Shown: positions 1 through 9,076 of the stretch, in pieces
How positions within the stretch are numbered: the stretch's first letter is position 1
Layout: each line of letters opens with the position of its first letter
NCBI GenBank assembly: GCA_965116525.1
Contig: OZ220694.1
Coordinates: forward strand, 758,702-822,701
Length of the DNA stretch: 64,000 bases
DNA from: an uncultured candidatus Porisulfidus sp.
GTDB taxonomy: Bacteria > Pseudomonadota > Gammaproteobacteria > Poriferisulfidales > Poriferisulfidaceae
Direction of reading: 5' to 3'
Program-made: the position numbers and the translations under genes
Notes under the pieces: model-generated
What the model was told of the DNA's origin: nothing
The model's input: only the letters and a program-made list of their open reading frames with translations
Database searches by the model: none

Positions 1-1631
1 ACGCGAGAGTGGAAATGCGGAACACCTACCACAATGACCTGTCCATCACCCGGATCAGGCGTGCGCTGGACGCCGTGTACAGAGACCCGGACAATCCGAA
101 CAGCGAAATCGTGTGCCGGGCCGCCCTGCCGGATGCCGACGGGGCGGTGGAGGATCCGGACTGCGTGCCCTGGAATATCTTCGAGACCGGGGCGGCGACC
201 CCGGAGATGGTCGGCTACCTGGCCAAGCCCCTGCATGCCCGCGGCACGACTGAACAAATCGTGGCATCCGCCTTCATCGCCGGCGATCTGGATGAACACG
301 ATATCCGGTCCCCGCTCGCCGACAATGCCGTCAGCGTCGTGCTGGGCGGTGAATACCGGAAGGAAATCCTCAACTTCAATCCCGACGAGGGGTTCCGGAC
401 CGGCGACGGCTCCGGCCAGGGGGGCGCCACCCAACCCGTCAGTGGCAGTTACGATGTGGCCGAGCTTTTCGTGGAGGCCAGCATTCCCCTGATCGAAGGG
501 AAAAAATACGCCGAGGAACTGTTGCTCGACACGGCCTACCGTTACTCCGACTACGACTACGATGAGACGACGCATACCTACGCGTTCCGCCTCGGCTGGC
601 AGGTCGATTCGAACGTCAGGGTCCGCAGCAGCTACCAGCGGGCGGTCCGGGGGCCGAACGTGCAGGAATTTTTCCTGCCGGAAAGATTCACCCTGTTCGA
701 GATCGGGGGAGATCCCTGTGCAGGAAAAATCATGGATGGCAAAACTGAATTGGGTTACACCTTCGAGCAATGCCAACTGTCGGGCGTGACCGAGGATCAA
801 TGGGGCAAGATCGAGCATTCGCCAGCCGCCCAGTACAACGCGTTGCAGGGCGGCAACCCCGACCTGTCGCCGGAGATCGCAAAAACCTGGTCGATCGGCA
901 TCGTGTTCACACCCGAAGCCGTCGACGGCCTGTCTCTCATGGTGGACTACTACAACATCCAGATTGAACAAGGCATCCGCTTCCCGGACCCCGAAGAGGT
1001 TATCAAGCAATGCCTCGCCGGTAATCAGCCCCTGTGCGAACAGATCCATCGGGGCAGGAACGGCGATCTGTGGATCGGTTCCGACCTCGAAACCAGCGGG
1101 CATGTGGTCTCGCCCAAATCCAATCTGCCGGGCGAGGAAGTGGCTGGCCTGGATGTCGTGATCGATTATGCCGTTGACATCGGGGTATGGGGCGATCTGT
1201 CGTTCAACAATGTCCTGTCGTACATCGATTCCTGGGACCTGCAGGAACTTGAGGGTGCGCCGACGAAGAGTTGCGCCGGGAACTGGACCTGCGGCCCCCC
1301 GATTCCGGATTTCCAGAATCGGCTACGCGTGACCTGGAATTCCCCATGGGACGTCGCGGCGAGCCTCATGTGGCGCCATATCAACCGGGTCGATGGCGAC
1401 GGGGAGAGCCTGGTCGACCTGTGGAAGATGAATTACCTAGATCTGGCCGTCACCTGGCAGATCACGGACGACGCGAAGATTCGGTTCGGAGCCAACAACC
1501 TCTTGGACAAGTCCCCGCCTGTCGCGGGCAACCCGGCAGGGCCGTCCCGGCTGGGGAACGGCAACGTCTTCCCCGGCACCTACGATGCCTTGGGGCGCTA
1601 CCTGTTCATGGGCGCGAGCATGGAATTCTGA
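1..1631 (+). CDS. TonB-dependent outer-membrane receptor, C-terminal part (5' end lies outside the window)
   Basis: 540-aa ORF runs open to the window edge. The C-terminal beta-barrel region ends ...GRYLFMGASMEF, with an aromatic terminal residue. Beta-strand-rich composition is typical of TonB-dependent receptors. Confidence 0.75.
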   Translation, partial: ARVEMRNTYHNDLSITRIRRALDAVYRDPDNPNSEIVCRAALPDADGAVEDPDCVPWNIFETGAATPEMVGYLAKPLHARGTTEQIVASAFIAGDLDEHDIRSPLADNAVSVVLGGEYRKEILNFNPDEGFRTGDGSGQGGATQPVSGSYDVAELFVEASIPLIEGKKYAEELLLDTAYRYSDYDYDETTHTYAFRLGWQVDSNVRVRSSYQRAVRGPNVQEFFLPERFTLFEIGGDPCAGKIMDGKTELGYTFEQCQLSGVTEDQWGKIEHSPAAQYNALQGGNPDLSPEIAKTWSIGIVFTPEAVDGLSLMVDYYNIQIEQGIRFPDPEEVIKQCLAGNQPLCEQIHRGRNGDLWIGSDLETSGHVVSPKSNLPGEEVAGLDVVIDYAVDIGVWGDLSFNNVLSYIDSWDLQELEGAPTKSCAGNWTCGPPIPDFQNRLRVTWNSPWDVAASLMWRHINRVDGDGESLVDLWKMNYLDLAVTWQITDDAKIRFGANNLLDKSPPVAGNPAGPSRLGNGNVFPGTYDALGRYLFMGASMEF

Positions 1632-2856
1632 TTCTTTCCGCAATCCGGTCGACGTCTGCCTGTACGACACCGTGCTCTTTGGCGAGTTTTCGCCACTGCC
1701 TCAATGAGGCTTTTACCTGCTCGATCATGTCATTGATTCGGGGACGGGGCAGTTCCCCCTCCAAACCCAGCCGGATCAGGTGCTCGATGCTCGGATTCTT
1801 TCCCTCACCCATGACCGTAGTGCTTTGTTCCCCACCCGGACCGGAAGCGAAGGTCAAGTCGTAAGCCGGAGCAAACGTCCAATCCCCCTCCGCATCCATC
1901 AGGAAACTAAAATTCTTGGAATGATCATCCTGATTGTGGGCCAAGACGTTGAACACGGCCAAGCGGAATATTTTTTCTGTTTCCCGAATATCATGCGTCA
2001 ACGCCATTGTCAGCGCCATCAAGTTCTTGTAATCCAGTGACGGCACCCTGGGATCAGCATGCAGCAAGCCGCAGGCACTATGCACGTGAAGGCGGTAGCC
2101 GCCACAACGATCAAACCGCTTCGTTGCGAAGTAGCCCGCGCCTTTTTGCGCCAGAAACAGGTGAACGTCGGTCATATCCAAGCCCGCGTCCTTGGCCATC
2201 AAAGCATAGACGTACTCAACGGCCCCGGCGCTCAATCCATCGCCATGGTTAGGGAATTTCACCAGCCACGGCTCGAAACCCTCCGGCAGTGAATGCCTGC
2301 CGTGAATTGCAGCCCGGCGGTCCGCGTCCAGCCCGATCATCGCCTTGGGCCGCGCGCCTGCCGAAGAGCCATTCAGGGCCAGCAGTTCTTCCAGAACCTC
2401 TTCTGCCTCACCGTCCAGCACCTCCTGCACGTGTCTGGCAAGCTGGTCCAAGTCGATATCACTATCCGGCGCGCCGTCACCAAAGTCAGGTTCATAGACC
2501 AAAGCGCCCATGCCGGTTCTCCCTACATGCGCCAGCCGGTCCAACGGGGTCATCTCTCCAGGAAAGACTCCACTCGACATCATCATGCGGTCGAGCAGCA
2601 GACGCCCCCAACCGTCCGGCAGGCTGTCGTTGAACACGCCAGGCAAGCCATCAAATAAACGGCGATCGAAAGTTTGCACACCGGGACGGAGTGGCAGGTT
2701 GAACGGTGAGATTTCCAAGCCTGCGTCCAGAAAGGCCGGATCGTATTCGAAATAGATTCGGCCCTCGCGAAACGCGAATCTCCCCAAAGGCAGGACTGTC
2801 TCCGTCAACTCGAGGCCGACCTTGATCTGGTTAATGGGCGAATTCATGTGCGCCAT
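1606..2856 (-). CDS. hipA: HipA-family serine/threonine kinase toxin (type II toxin-antitoxin)
   Basis: 416-aa protein whose N-terminal (coupling) and C-terminal kinase-like regions have the HipA layout. It lies immediately downstream of, and overlaps by 13 nt, a small XRE-type HTH gene. Its 3' end overlaps the convergent receptor gene by 26 nt. Confidence 0.8.
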   Translation of the reverse strand: MAHMNSPINQIKVGLELTETVLPLGRFAFREGRIYFEYDPAFLDAGLEISPFNLPLRPGVQTFDRRLFDGLPGVFNDSLPDGWGRLLLDRMMMSSGVFPGEMTPLDRLAHVGRTGMGALVYEPDFGDGAPDSDIDLDQLARHVQEVLDGEAEEVLEELLALNGSSAGARPKAMIGLDADRRAAIHGRHSLPEGFEPWLVKFPNHGDGLSAGAVEYVYALMAKDAGLDMTDVHLFLAQKGAGYFATKRFDRCGGYRLHVHSACGLLHADPRVPSLDYKNLMALTMALTHDIRETEKIFRLAVFNVLAHNQDDHSKNFSFLMDAEGDWTFAPAYDLTFASGPGGEQSTTVMGEGKNPSIEHLIRLGLEGELPRPRINDMIEQVKASLRQWRKLAKEHGVVQADVDRIAERIRIPCSRP

Positions 2857-3152
2857 CCCCGTTGAGGCGTCTTCTTTCTGGCCTCTTTCAATACCTCGTC
2901 AATGGAGGAAAACTCGGCCTGCTCCGGCTTTACCGCTTCAACCACGCGTTCCAAGCCCCCGAGGACCATCAGCAGCTTGAGAAAGGACTCCAGAGAAATC
3001 GCTCCCTTCTGCTCGAATTTTCGCAATGTGGCTAGTTTCACCCCGGAGCGATAGGCCAAACCCTGTTGCGTCAGCCCTATGGCCAAACGTCTCGCTTTGA
3101 CATGTTGCGCAAGTTCCCGTCGCGCTTCTGACAGGGTAACTAGATATTTCAT
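2844..3152 (-). CDS. hipB: HipB-like XRE-family HTH antitoxin / transcriptional regulator
   Basis: 102-aa protein with an XRE helix-turn-helix (RRLAIGLTQQGLAYRSGVKLATLRKFEQ). It is the first gene of a two-gene operon with hipA. Confidence 0.7.
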   Translation of the reverse strand: MKYLVTLSEARRELAQHVKARRLAIGLTQQGLAYRSGVKLATLRKFEQKGAISLESFLKLLMVLGGLERVVEAVKPEQAEFSSIDEVLKEARKKTPQRGWRT

Positions 3153-3240
3153 ATAGAGTAGTTAGTGTAAATATTAACACATAACTACTATTATAATAGT
3201 AATAAATGTAAAATCAACCGGTGCGGTCGACCCGGGGCAT
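3153..3240 (-). promoter_or_regulatory. AT-rich hipBA promoter/operator region containing a perfect 16-bp palindrome TACTATTATAATAGTA (about 3186-3201)
   Basis: GC content drops sharply compared with flanking high-GC DNA. The perfect palindrome has a TATAAT hexamer at its centre. A second imperfect inverted repeat TAGTTAGTGT-N8-ACACATAACTA lies just upstream. Confidence 0.4.
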
Positions 3241-3241
3241 C

Positions 3242-4279
3242 TCAGTAATCCGTCATCCGCTCCATCAGGTAGCACAAGCAGTCTTGTTCCACGATCTTCT
3301 CCCGCGTGGTCAGCATCGACAGGAAAAACGGCTGCCGCACCATCAACTGCCGCCCCTGGTTCTCGAAATACATATCGAAGACATCCTGCCCCTGCTCATC
3401 CTCGACTCGCAGGCGAGGGTGGACTCCTTCTCCCCATTCTCCGAAAGCCGTTCCCACGGCCAACTCCTGGAAGTTGCATTCCACCAGTGCCTCCGGCATG
3501 TAAAAATCAAAGCCCCGGCTCTGGAAACTGAACGACAGGCCCTCGGGAATCCGTACCCGAGCCCGGGTGTGGAACAACTCCAGTTCGTCCGCGCTTGGCT
3601 GATGATCCGGAATGGACTCCTCGAACAACCGCTGCTCCAGGTACGCCTTGGCATGGACAATGCCTTCCGGGCTCTCCGGCAGGCCGCATTCGATGGTCAC
3701 GGACGGGCACAGTTCACTGAATGCCATGGACTGCATCCCAAGCAGCGCGCGGAAATACACCGCGGTCCTGGAGAACCTCTGCGCGAGGTACAGCGAGCGG
3801 CCGTCCAGCCAGTTGACGCAGGCATAGTGGGGATTCGGGCCGGTCGTGTTGTGCACGTCGATACTGGCGATCGGGCTGCGACGGCGCATCTCTTCGACGA
3901 CCTGCCTCGCCATCTGGTGCTCCGGGCTATCGCCGCCATCCCAGATCCGATTGTAATCCGGCTGGTCATCAAGACGGCGCAGGCCGAGACGGGCCGCCTT
4001 GACATTGCCGATCAGGACGGACAGCGAACGCGGCAGGCGCGCTTCGGAGAAATCCCTGAGGACCCCGCGCACCGCCTCCCAGCCCGCGATTTCGTTTCCG
4101 TGGAGCAAGACCGACAGGAACAGTGGGTCGGGCTGCTCCCCGGGAAGATGCAGCAGAGTCGGCCCGCCGAGGACTTCTTCCAGACCTTCGGCCGGGCAGT
4201 CCGCCAGCCCCGGCGGCAAATGGTCCAAGACGTTCAGCATGACTCGCTCACAGCGGCCATTCGTGTACCGGCACTCCAC
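3242..4279 (-). CDS. Succinylglutamate desuccinylase/aspartoacylase (AstE/AspA, M14-like) family zinc deacylase
   Basis: 345-aa protein with an N-terminal HGNE zinc-binding motif (LLHGNEIAGWEA) characteristic of the AstE/AspA family. Its start overlaps the upstream ligase gene by about 30 nt. Confidence 0.65.
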   Translation of the reverse strand: MECRYTNGRCERVMLNVLDHLPPGLADCPAEGLEEVLGGPTLLHLPGEQPDPLFLSVLLHGNEIAGWEAVRGVLRDFSEARLPRSLSVLIGNVKAARLGLRRLDDQPDYNRIWDGGDSPEHQMARQVVEEMRRRSPIASIDVHNTTGPNPHYACVNWLDGRSLYLAQRFSRTAVYFRALLGMQSMAFSELCPSVTIECGLPESPEGIVHAKAYLEQRLFEESIPDHQPSADELELFHTRARVRIPEGLSFSFQSRGFDFYMPEALVECNFQELAVGTAFGEWGEGVHPRLRVEDEQGQDVFDMYFENQGRQLMVRQPFFLSMLTTREKIVEQDCLCYLMERMTDY

Positions 4280-5678
4280 TCTGCTGACGCGTCAGGTAGG
4301 TGCCGACCAGGGATTGCATGTTGCCGTCGTGAGAATAACGCCAGGCGCGCATCCAGCGCGCACCGGTCCGCCTTTTCTCCACACGCGCCTCGATGATGTC
4401 GAGGTAGCGGTCTGATTCGGATTCGTCGAGGCCGCTGGCTTTCAGTCCCCGGCGCGCCATCGGCAGCAAGGTCTCCAGGATCAACTCCGAAATCGGGTAC
4501 TCGGCGCCGTCACCCCAGACAATCCTGGTGTCGAGACCGGTGCAGGCCGCCCGGTAGAAGTTATCCCGTGCTGTCACGAACGGAATGTCCAAAACGGCTC
4601 CCTCTCCCCCCTCCAGGGCTGCCATCATTGCGCCGACCCAAAACGCGACGTTCGCGATCATGTCGATCCCGGTCGGTCCCGAAGGCATGACCCGGTGTTC
4701 GATGCGCAGGTGTGGCACCCCGTCCTCGCTTCCGATCAGCGGGCGATTCCAGCGCCAGATCGTGCCGTTATGAAGCTTCAAGTGCATGAACTGCTCATCC
4801 TCTGACTTGAAAGGCTGCGGCAGGATGACCGGGAAAACGTTCAGGTTTTCCTCGAAGAATTCGAACAGCGACTCGTGCGCGCAATCGCTGCCGCAGCCGA
4901 CTCTCCCGATGCGCTGATGGGCCTGGCCGGCAAACGTGGACAGGCTGACCGACTGCTCGAACAGCGGCACCCGGGTTTCGTCCCACAGATCCCTCCCGAA
5001 CAGGAAGGGCGAGTTGCAGGACATGGCGACCGTGGCCGCGGACAAGGCCATTGAAGCGTTGTAGGCGGCGACCGTGCGCGATTGGGGGACCTGCAGGTGA
5101 ACCTGGAACGAAGTGCAGGCGGATTCCAGCATGACATCCTCGTGCAGGCTGAACAAGTGATCGCGTCCACGGATGTCGATCTGCAACGGACGATTTTTAC
5201 GCAGGTCCATGACGCGCTCGTTGAGCGCCCGGTAGCGCTTGAGCTGGCTCATGCTATCAACCGTCAGGTCACTCTCCTGCACGGTCGGCAGGATGCCGAT
5301 CATGCCGAGCCGCATGTCCATGGACTCCGCCACTTCCGTCGCCCGCGTCCAGGACTCATCCAACTGCTGGTGGAGCAGGGACAGCATGCCGGATCCCACC
5401 GGGGTGTGCGGCGTATTGAATTCGATGTTGAACCGCGACAGTTCCGGCAAGCAGAGCGGATCGTTGTACCGCTCCAGGTAAGCGTCGTTGTGCGGCAGCG
5501 GATGGCAGTCCAGGTCAATCAGCCAGGATTCCAGCTCGAACCCGACCTGATAGGCCTGGTCGTCGAAGCGTCGGTCCCGGAACCAGCGGCCAAGCAATTC
5601 GGTTTCGCGCTCCAGCGCGCCCCGAAAACGCTTCGCGTCGGACTCGCTGAACTGGTCCGTGCGGATCTCGTCACCCAT
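4248..5678 (-). CDS. Glutamate-cysteine ligase family 2 (GCS2 / plant-type gamma-glutamylcysteine synthetase-like) carboxylate-amine ligase
   Basis: 476-aa protein. Length and conserved blocks are consistent with the GCS2 carboxylate-amine ligase superfamily. Its start overlaps the argA stop by 8 nt. Confidence 0.6.
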   Translation of the reverse strand: MGDEIRTDQFSESDAKRFRGALERETELLGRWFRDRRFDDQAYQVGFELESWLIDLDCHPLPHNDAYLERYNDPLCLPELSRFNIEFNTPHTPVGSGMLSLLHQQLDESWTRATEVAESMDMRLGMIGILPTVQESDLTVDSMSQLKRYRALNERVMDLRKNRPLQIDIRGRDHLFSLHEDVMLESACTSFQVHLQVPQSRTVAAYNASMALSAATVAMSCNSPFLFGRDLWDETRVPLFEQSVSLSTFAGQAHQRIGRVGCGSDCAHESLFEFFEENLNVFPVILPQPFKSEDEQFMHLKLHNGTIWRWNRPLIGSEDGVPHLRIEHRVMPSGPTGIDMIANVAFWVGAMMAALEGGEGAVLDIPFVTARDNFYRAACTGLDTRIVWGDGAEYPISELILETLLPMARRGLKASGLDESESDRYLDIIEARVEKRRTGARWMRAWRYSHDGNMQSLVGTYLTRQQSGVPVHEWPL

Positions 5679-7047
5679 TCCGCTCTCCCAAAACCTTGGT
5701 CAGCACCTTTGCGTTGCGCCGGTTGTTGTAGAACTTCCGCCGCGCAACCGGCAGGGACCGGGGCGAGGAGGGCCGGAACCCTTGCTCCCGGAACCAGTGC
5801 ATGGCCCGCGTGGTCAGGGCATAGATCTGCCGAAAGCCGTTCTCGGACGCGCGGGTCTCCGCATCGTCCAGCAAAGTGTGGCCGAATCCCTGACCCTGGT
5901 ATTCCGGGTGGACCGCAAGGCAGATCAGCTCTGCGTGAGTTTCGCTGAGTGGGTGCAGGCACGCGCAGGCCACGATCAGCCCGTCCAGTTCGATCACGCG
6001 GAAATTGTGGATGCGTAACTCCAGTTCCTCCCGGGTCCGCTCCGCCAAGGCGCCCTGGTCGATCAGCGGCGCCAGCAGGCCCACGATGCCGCCGATGTCC
6101 GGGATTTCCGCCTGCCGGGGCGCATAGGCTTCGGTGCGTGTGACCATGAGCCCGGCGCCAGCCCGGGTGAACAGTTCCTGCAGAATCACGCCATCACGAC
6201 GCGCATCCAGAAGGTGGATGCGGCCCACCGAAGACAGGCTGGCATCCACGGCGCCCTGCAGCATCTGCCGCTGGACGGGGCTGAGCCTGCGCCGACGGAT
6301 CAGTGCCAGCGCCTCACCCGAAGTCAACTGTCGGATCAGGCCGCGGCGGGCGCGCAGGGCCGGTTCTGCATGCAGATAGACCAACTTGTCCGCAGAGATG
6401 GACTGGGCCACCGTGCAAGCTAATGCCGCGGCATTGAGATTGAACGTTTCGCCGGTCGCCGAATAGCCCAGCGGCGGAATCAGGACGATCGCATCCTGCT
6501 GCAGCAAGTCTTCGATGGCATTTGCGGCGACCCGCCGCACTTCTCCCGTCTGTTCGAAGTCCACACCGTCATGCACCCCGCGAGGCCGGGCGGCCACCAG
6601 GTTGCCGGTCAGGACGCGCAGCCGCATGCCGGCCATCGGCGTGTTCATCAGTCCCCGGGACAGGCGCGCCTGGATTTCGGACTGAAGGGCTCCCACGGTT
6701 TCCAGCACCGCGGGCATGTCCGCAGCTCGGGTAATCCGGCAATCGGCATGGAAATCCGAACCCGGGAGCCTCCGGTCGATCCGGCACCGCGCGCCGAATA
6801 CGAGCACAAGACGAACCCCCAGGGCCTGCAACTGCGCAATGTCCTGCAGCAACGTATCTTCCCCGGGGTGTTCCAGCACCGCGCTGTCCAGGCACAGGAC
6901 GAACGTGCGGCCCCGGTGGGCGTATACATAGGGCGCGATATCGCGAAACCCTTTCAGGTTGAAGGAATCCAAGGTATTTCCGTGCGCGGCGGCGGCAAAA
7001 TCTCCTGTATATTGTAAGGGTTTGCCCGCCATGTCGACCTCCCTCAC
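5671..7047 (-). CDS. argA: Amino-acid N-acetyltransferase (N-acetylglutamate synthase)
   Basis: 458-aa protein with an N-terminal amino-acid-kinase fold and a C-terminal GNAT domain (HPEYQGQGFGHTLL). This is the classical bacterial ArgA architecture. Confidence 0.85.
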   Translation of the reverse strand: MREVDMAGKPLQYTGDFAAAAHGNTLDSFNLKGFRDIAPYVYAHRGRTFVLCLDSAVLEHPGEDTLLQDIAQLQALGVRLVLVFGARCRIDRRLPGSDFHADCRITRAADMPAVLETVGALQSEIQARLSRGLMNTPMAGMRLRVLTGNLVAARPRGVHDGVDFEQTGEVRRVAANAIEDLLQQDAIVLIPPLGYSATGETFNLNAAALACTVAQSISADKLVYLHAEPALRARRGLIRQLTSGEALALIRRRRLSPVQRQMLQGAVDASLSSVGRIHLLDARRDGVILQELFTRAGAGLMVTRTEAYAPRQAEIPDIGGIVGLLAPLIDQGALAERTREELELRIHNFRVIELDGLIVACACLHPLSETHAELICLAVHPEYQGQGFGHTLLDDAETRASENGFRQIYALTTRAMHWFREQGFRPSSPRSLPVARRKFYNNRRNAKVLTKVLGERNG

Positions 7048-7855
7048 CCGCCTGCACCCCGCGGATACTTCACCCCATCCGTTGTCCGGCCTGTGTCTTG
7101 AACACCGCCTTATCGAACGAGCGGAGGCAGGTCAACCATACATCTACAGCAGTTTCATCATGAGCCTGAACGGGGCCATCGCGATCGACGACGGACAAGG
7201 CAACTGGACACACCCCGCGACCCTGACCGACCCGCGCGACCTCAGGCTCCTGTGCGAACTCATGGCCCAGGCCGACTGCCTGATCACCAGTGCCGGCTAC
7301 CTGCGCGACCTGGAACGCGGCAGCCTCGGGAACCTGCTGCAACTGCCGAAAACGCCGGAATTCCAAGACCTGTCCGACTACCGTGCGCGCCACCACGACA
7401 CATCTTTCCCGACCGTGCTGGTGGTCAGCCGAAGCCTGGATTTCCAGGTTCCGGCATCGATAGAAGAACACGGCCAGACCCTGCGCGTCCTGGCCCCGGG
7501 AAACGCTCCGGAGCGGCGAGTCGCCGAGCTGCGCGACCAGGGAGTCGACGTGATCCTCAGCGAGGATACGGACTGGGTCGAGAGCGAGGCCGTAATCACC
7601 AATCTGAAGGAACTCGGCGCACGGACAGCATATCTTTTCTGCGGCCCCCAGATGAACGGGATCCTGATGAAGTCCGGCCGGGTCAGGCGCCTGTACCTGA
7701 CATGGCTGCACCGGCTGCAGGGCGGGCACCCGGCATTGACGGTCGGGTCGTTCCTGCCGGCTTCGCAATCTTCTTCCCTAGAACTCGTGGAACTGTTCCA
7801 GGCGGAGGTCGAAGGAGATCTTCCAGGGTTTTGGTTCGGCTATTTCGATGCGTGA
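7031..7855 (+). CDS. RibD C-terminal domain (dihydrofolate reductase-like) family protein
   Basis: An internal ATG at 7031 avoids overlap with the argA start. The fold resembles the RibD_C reductase domain (GPQMNGILMKSG...). The substrate is unknown. Confidence 0.5.
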   Translation: MSTSLTRLHPADTSPHPLSGLCLEHRLIERAEAGQPYIYSSFIMSLNGAIAIDDGQGNWTHPATLTDPRDLRLLCELMAQADCLITSAGYLRDLERGSLGNLLQLPKTPEFQDLSDYRARHHDTSFPTVLVVSRSLDFQVPASIEEHGQTLRVLAPGNAPERRVAELRDQGVDVILSEDTDWVESEAVITNLKELGARTAYLFCGPQMNGILMKSGRVRRLYLTWLHRLQGGHPALTVGSFLPASQSSSLELVELFQAEVEGDLPGFWFGYFDA

Positions 7856-7876
7856 AGGCTGGCCGAAAGCCTTCGA

Positions 7877-9067
7877 TCAGCTGTATTCCGGCACCTTGCT
7901 GAAATAATTCCGGATGCCGCTGCGCAGGGCCAGCGCAATCCGGCCTTGGTGCTTCGAGGAACGCAGAAGTTTCTCCTCGTGGACATTGGAGATAAAGCCC
8001 GTCTCCACCAGGATGGAGGGAATGTCGGGCGATTTCAGCACCGCGAACCCCGCCCGTTCGACCCGCTTGCTGTGCATCTTGCCGAGCCGCCCGAGCGAAC
8101 CCACCATGTACTCCCCGGCATGCAGGCTGTACTCCTGCACAGCACCACGGGACATCGACAGCAACACGTCCTGCAGCTCAGGGTCCCGCCCTGATATCTC
8201 GACGCCCCCTTTCAGGTCCGCCGCGTTCTCCCGATTGGCAAGCCACCGCGCGTGAGAACTGCTGGAACCCCTCGTGGAGACCGCGTAGACGGACGCCCCG
8301 CGCGCGCTCCTTCTGCGCGCCGCGTCCGCATGTACCGAAACGAACAGGTCGGCTTCCTTGCTGCGCGCAATCTGGGTGCGTCGATACAGGCGCAGAAAAA
8401 CGTCCCGGTTGCGCGTCAGATGCGGCCTGATCCGGGGGTCCGCCTTGAGCAGCTTGTGCAGCTTTCTTGAGATCGACAGCACCACGTCCTTCTCGCGGGT
8501 GCCACCTTTCCCGACTGCGCCGGGATCCTTGCCGCCATGGCCGGGATCGATCATCACGACCAAGGGCCGCCTTCGGCTTAAGGTCGACGGGGCCGATGTA
8601 CGGCTGGAAGGCTTCTTCGAAGAGGCCGAAGGTTTTCGGCTGGATTTGGGCACGGCGAAGGATCCCAGAAAATCCACCACGACCCGGTCCTTTTTCCCGT
8701 CAGGGGTCAGCCACTTCTTGATCTCCGTAGGCACCAAGCGCTTCAGATCCAGCACCAGCCGCAGGGTTCCGTCCTTCGACACGCTTGAGCGCAGGTCCTT
8801 GACGATGCCGTTGCGGTCAAAGCGCGGAGACGAGGGGACAGATTTCGAGACTCTCGCCTGTCGGATGTCAAAAACGTAACGCGGTGGGTTATCGAGTAGA
8901 AACTTTCTTTCGAGTTTGACCTTCCCATCGAATTCGAACACGATCCGGTTGCGCTTTTCGTTCACGCTCTGGCGCAAAGCCACCAGCCGTCTTGCCGCCA
9001 GCACAGCGGTCGGGAAGCCCAGCGGCAGAAGAGCCAGGAGGTTCAGGAATTTGCGGCGATTCAACAT
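7877..9067 (-). CDS. amiC: N-acetylmuramoyl-L-alanine amidase (AmiB/AmiC type, with AMIN domain)
   Basis: Signal peptide, N-terminal AMIN-like domain, Ser/Lys/Pro-rich linker, and Amidase_3 catalytic domain (MIDPGHGGKDPGA ... SVHADA ... E). Confidence 0.85.
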   Translation of the reverse strand: MLNRRKFLNLLALLPLGFPTAVLAARRLVALRQSVNEKRNRIVFEFDGKVKLERKFLLDNPPRYVFDIRQARVSKSVPSSPRFDRNGIVKDLRSSVSKDGTLRLVLDLKRLVPTEIKKWLTPDGKKDRVVVDFLGSFAVPKSSRKPSASSKKPSSRTSAPSTLSRRRPLVVMIDPGHGGKDPGAVGKGGTREKDVVLSISRKLHKLLKADPRIRPHLTRNRDVFLRLYRRTQIARSKEADLFVSVHADAARRRSARGASVYAVSTRGSSSSHARWLANRENAADLKGGVEISGRDPELQDVLLSMSRGAVQEYSLHAGEYMVGSLGRLGKMHSKRVERAGFAVLKSPDIPSILVETGFISNVHEEKLLRSSKHQGRIALALRSGIRNYFSKVPEYS

Positions 9068-9076
9068 GGCCCTTAA

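Noticed and set aside
3221-4396. Long antisense ORFs overlapping well-supported genes (e.g. 3221-4396 +, 10146-11291 +, 10979-12523 +, 26996-29314 +, 42395-43000 +, 60961-61833 +)
   Set aside because: They have a typical high-GC antisense open-frame artefact and Arg/Pro/Gly-rich low-complexity translations. Each lies fully inside a gene with clear family signatures on the other strand.
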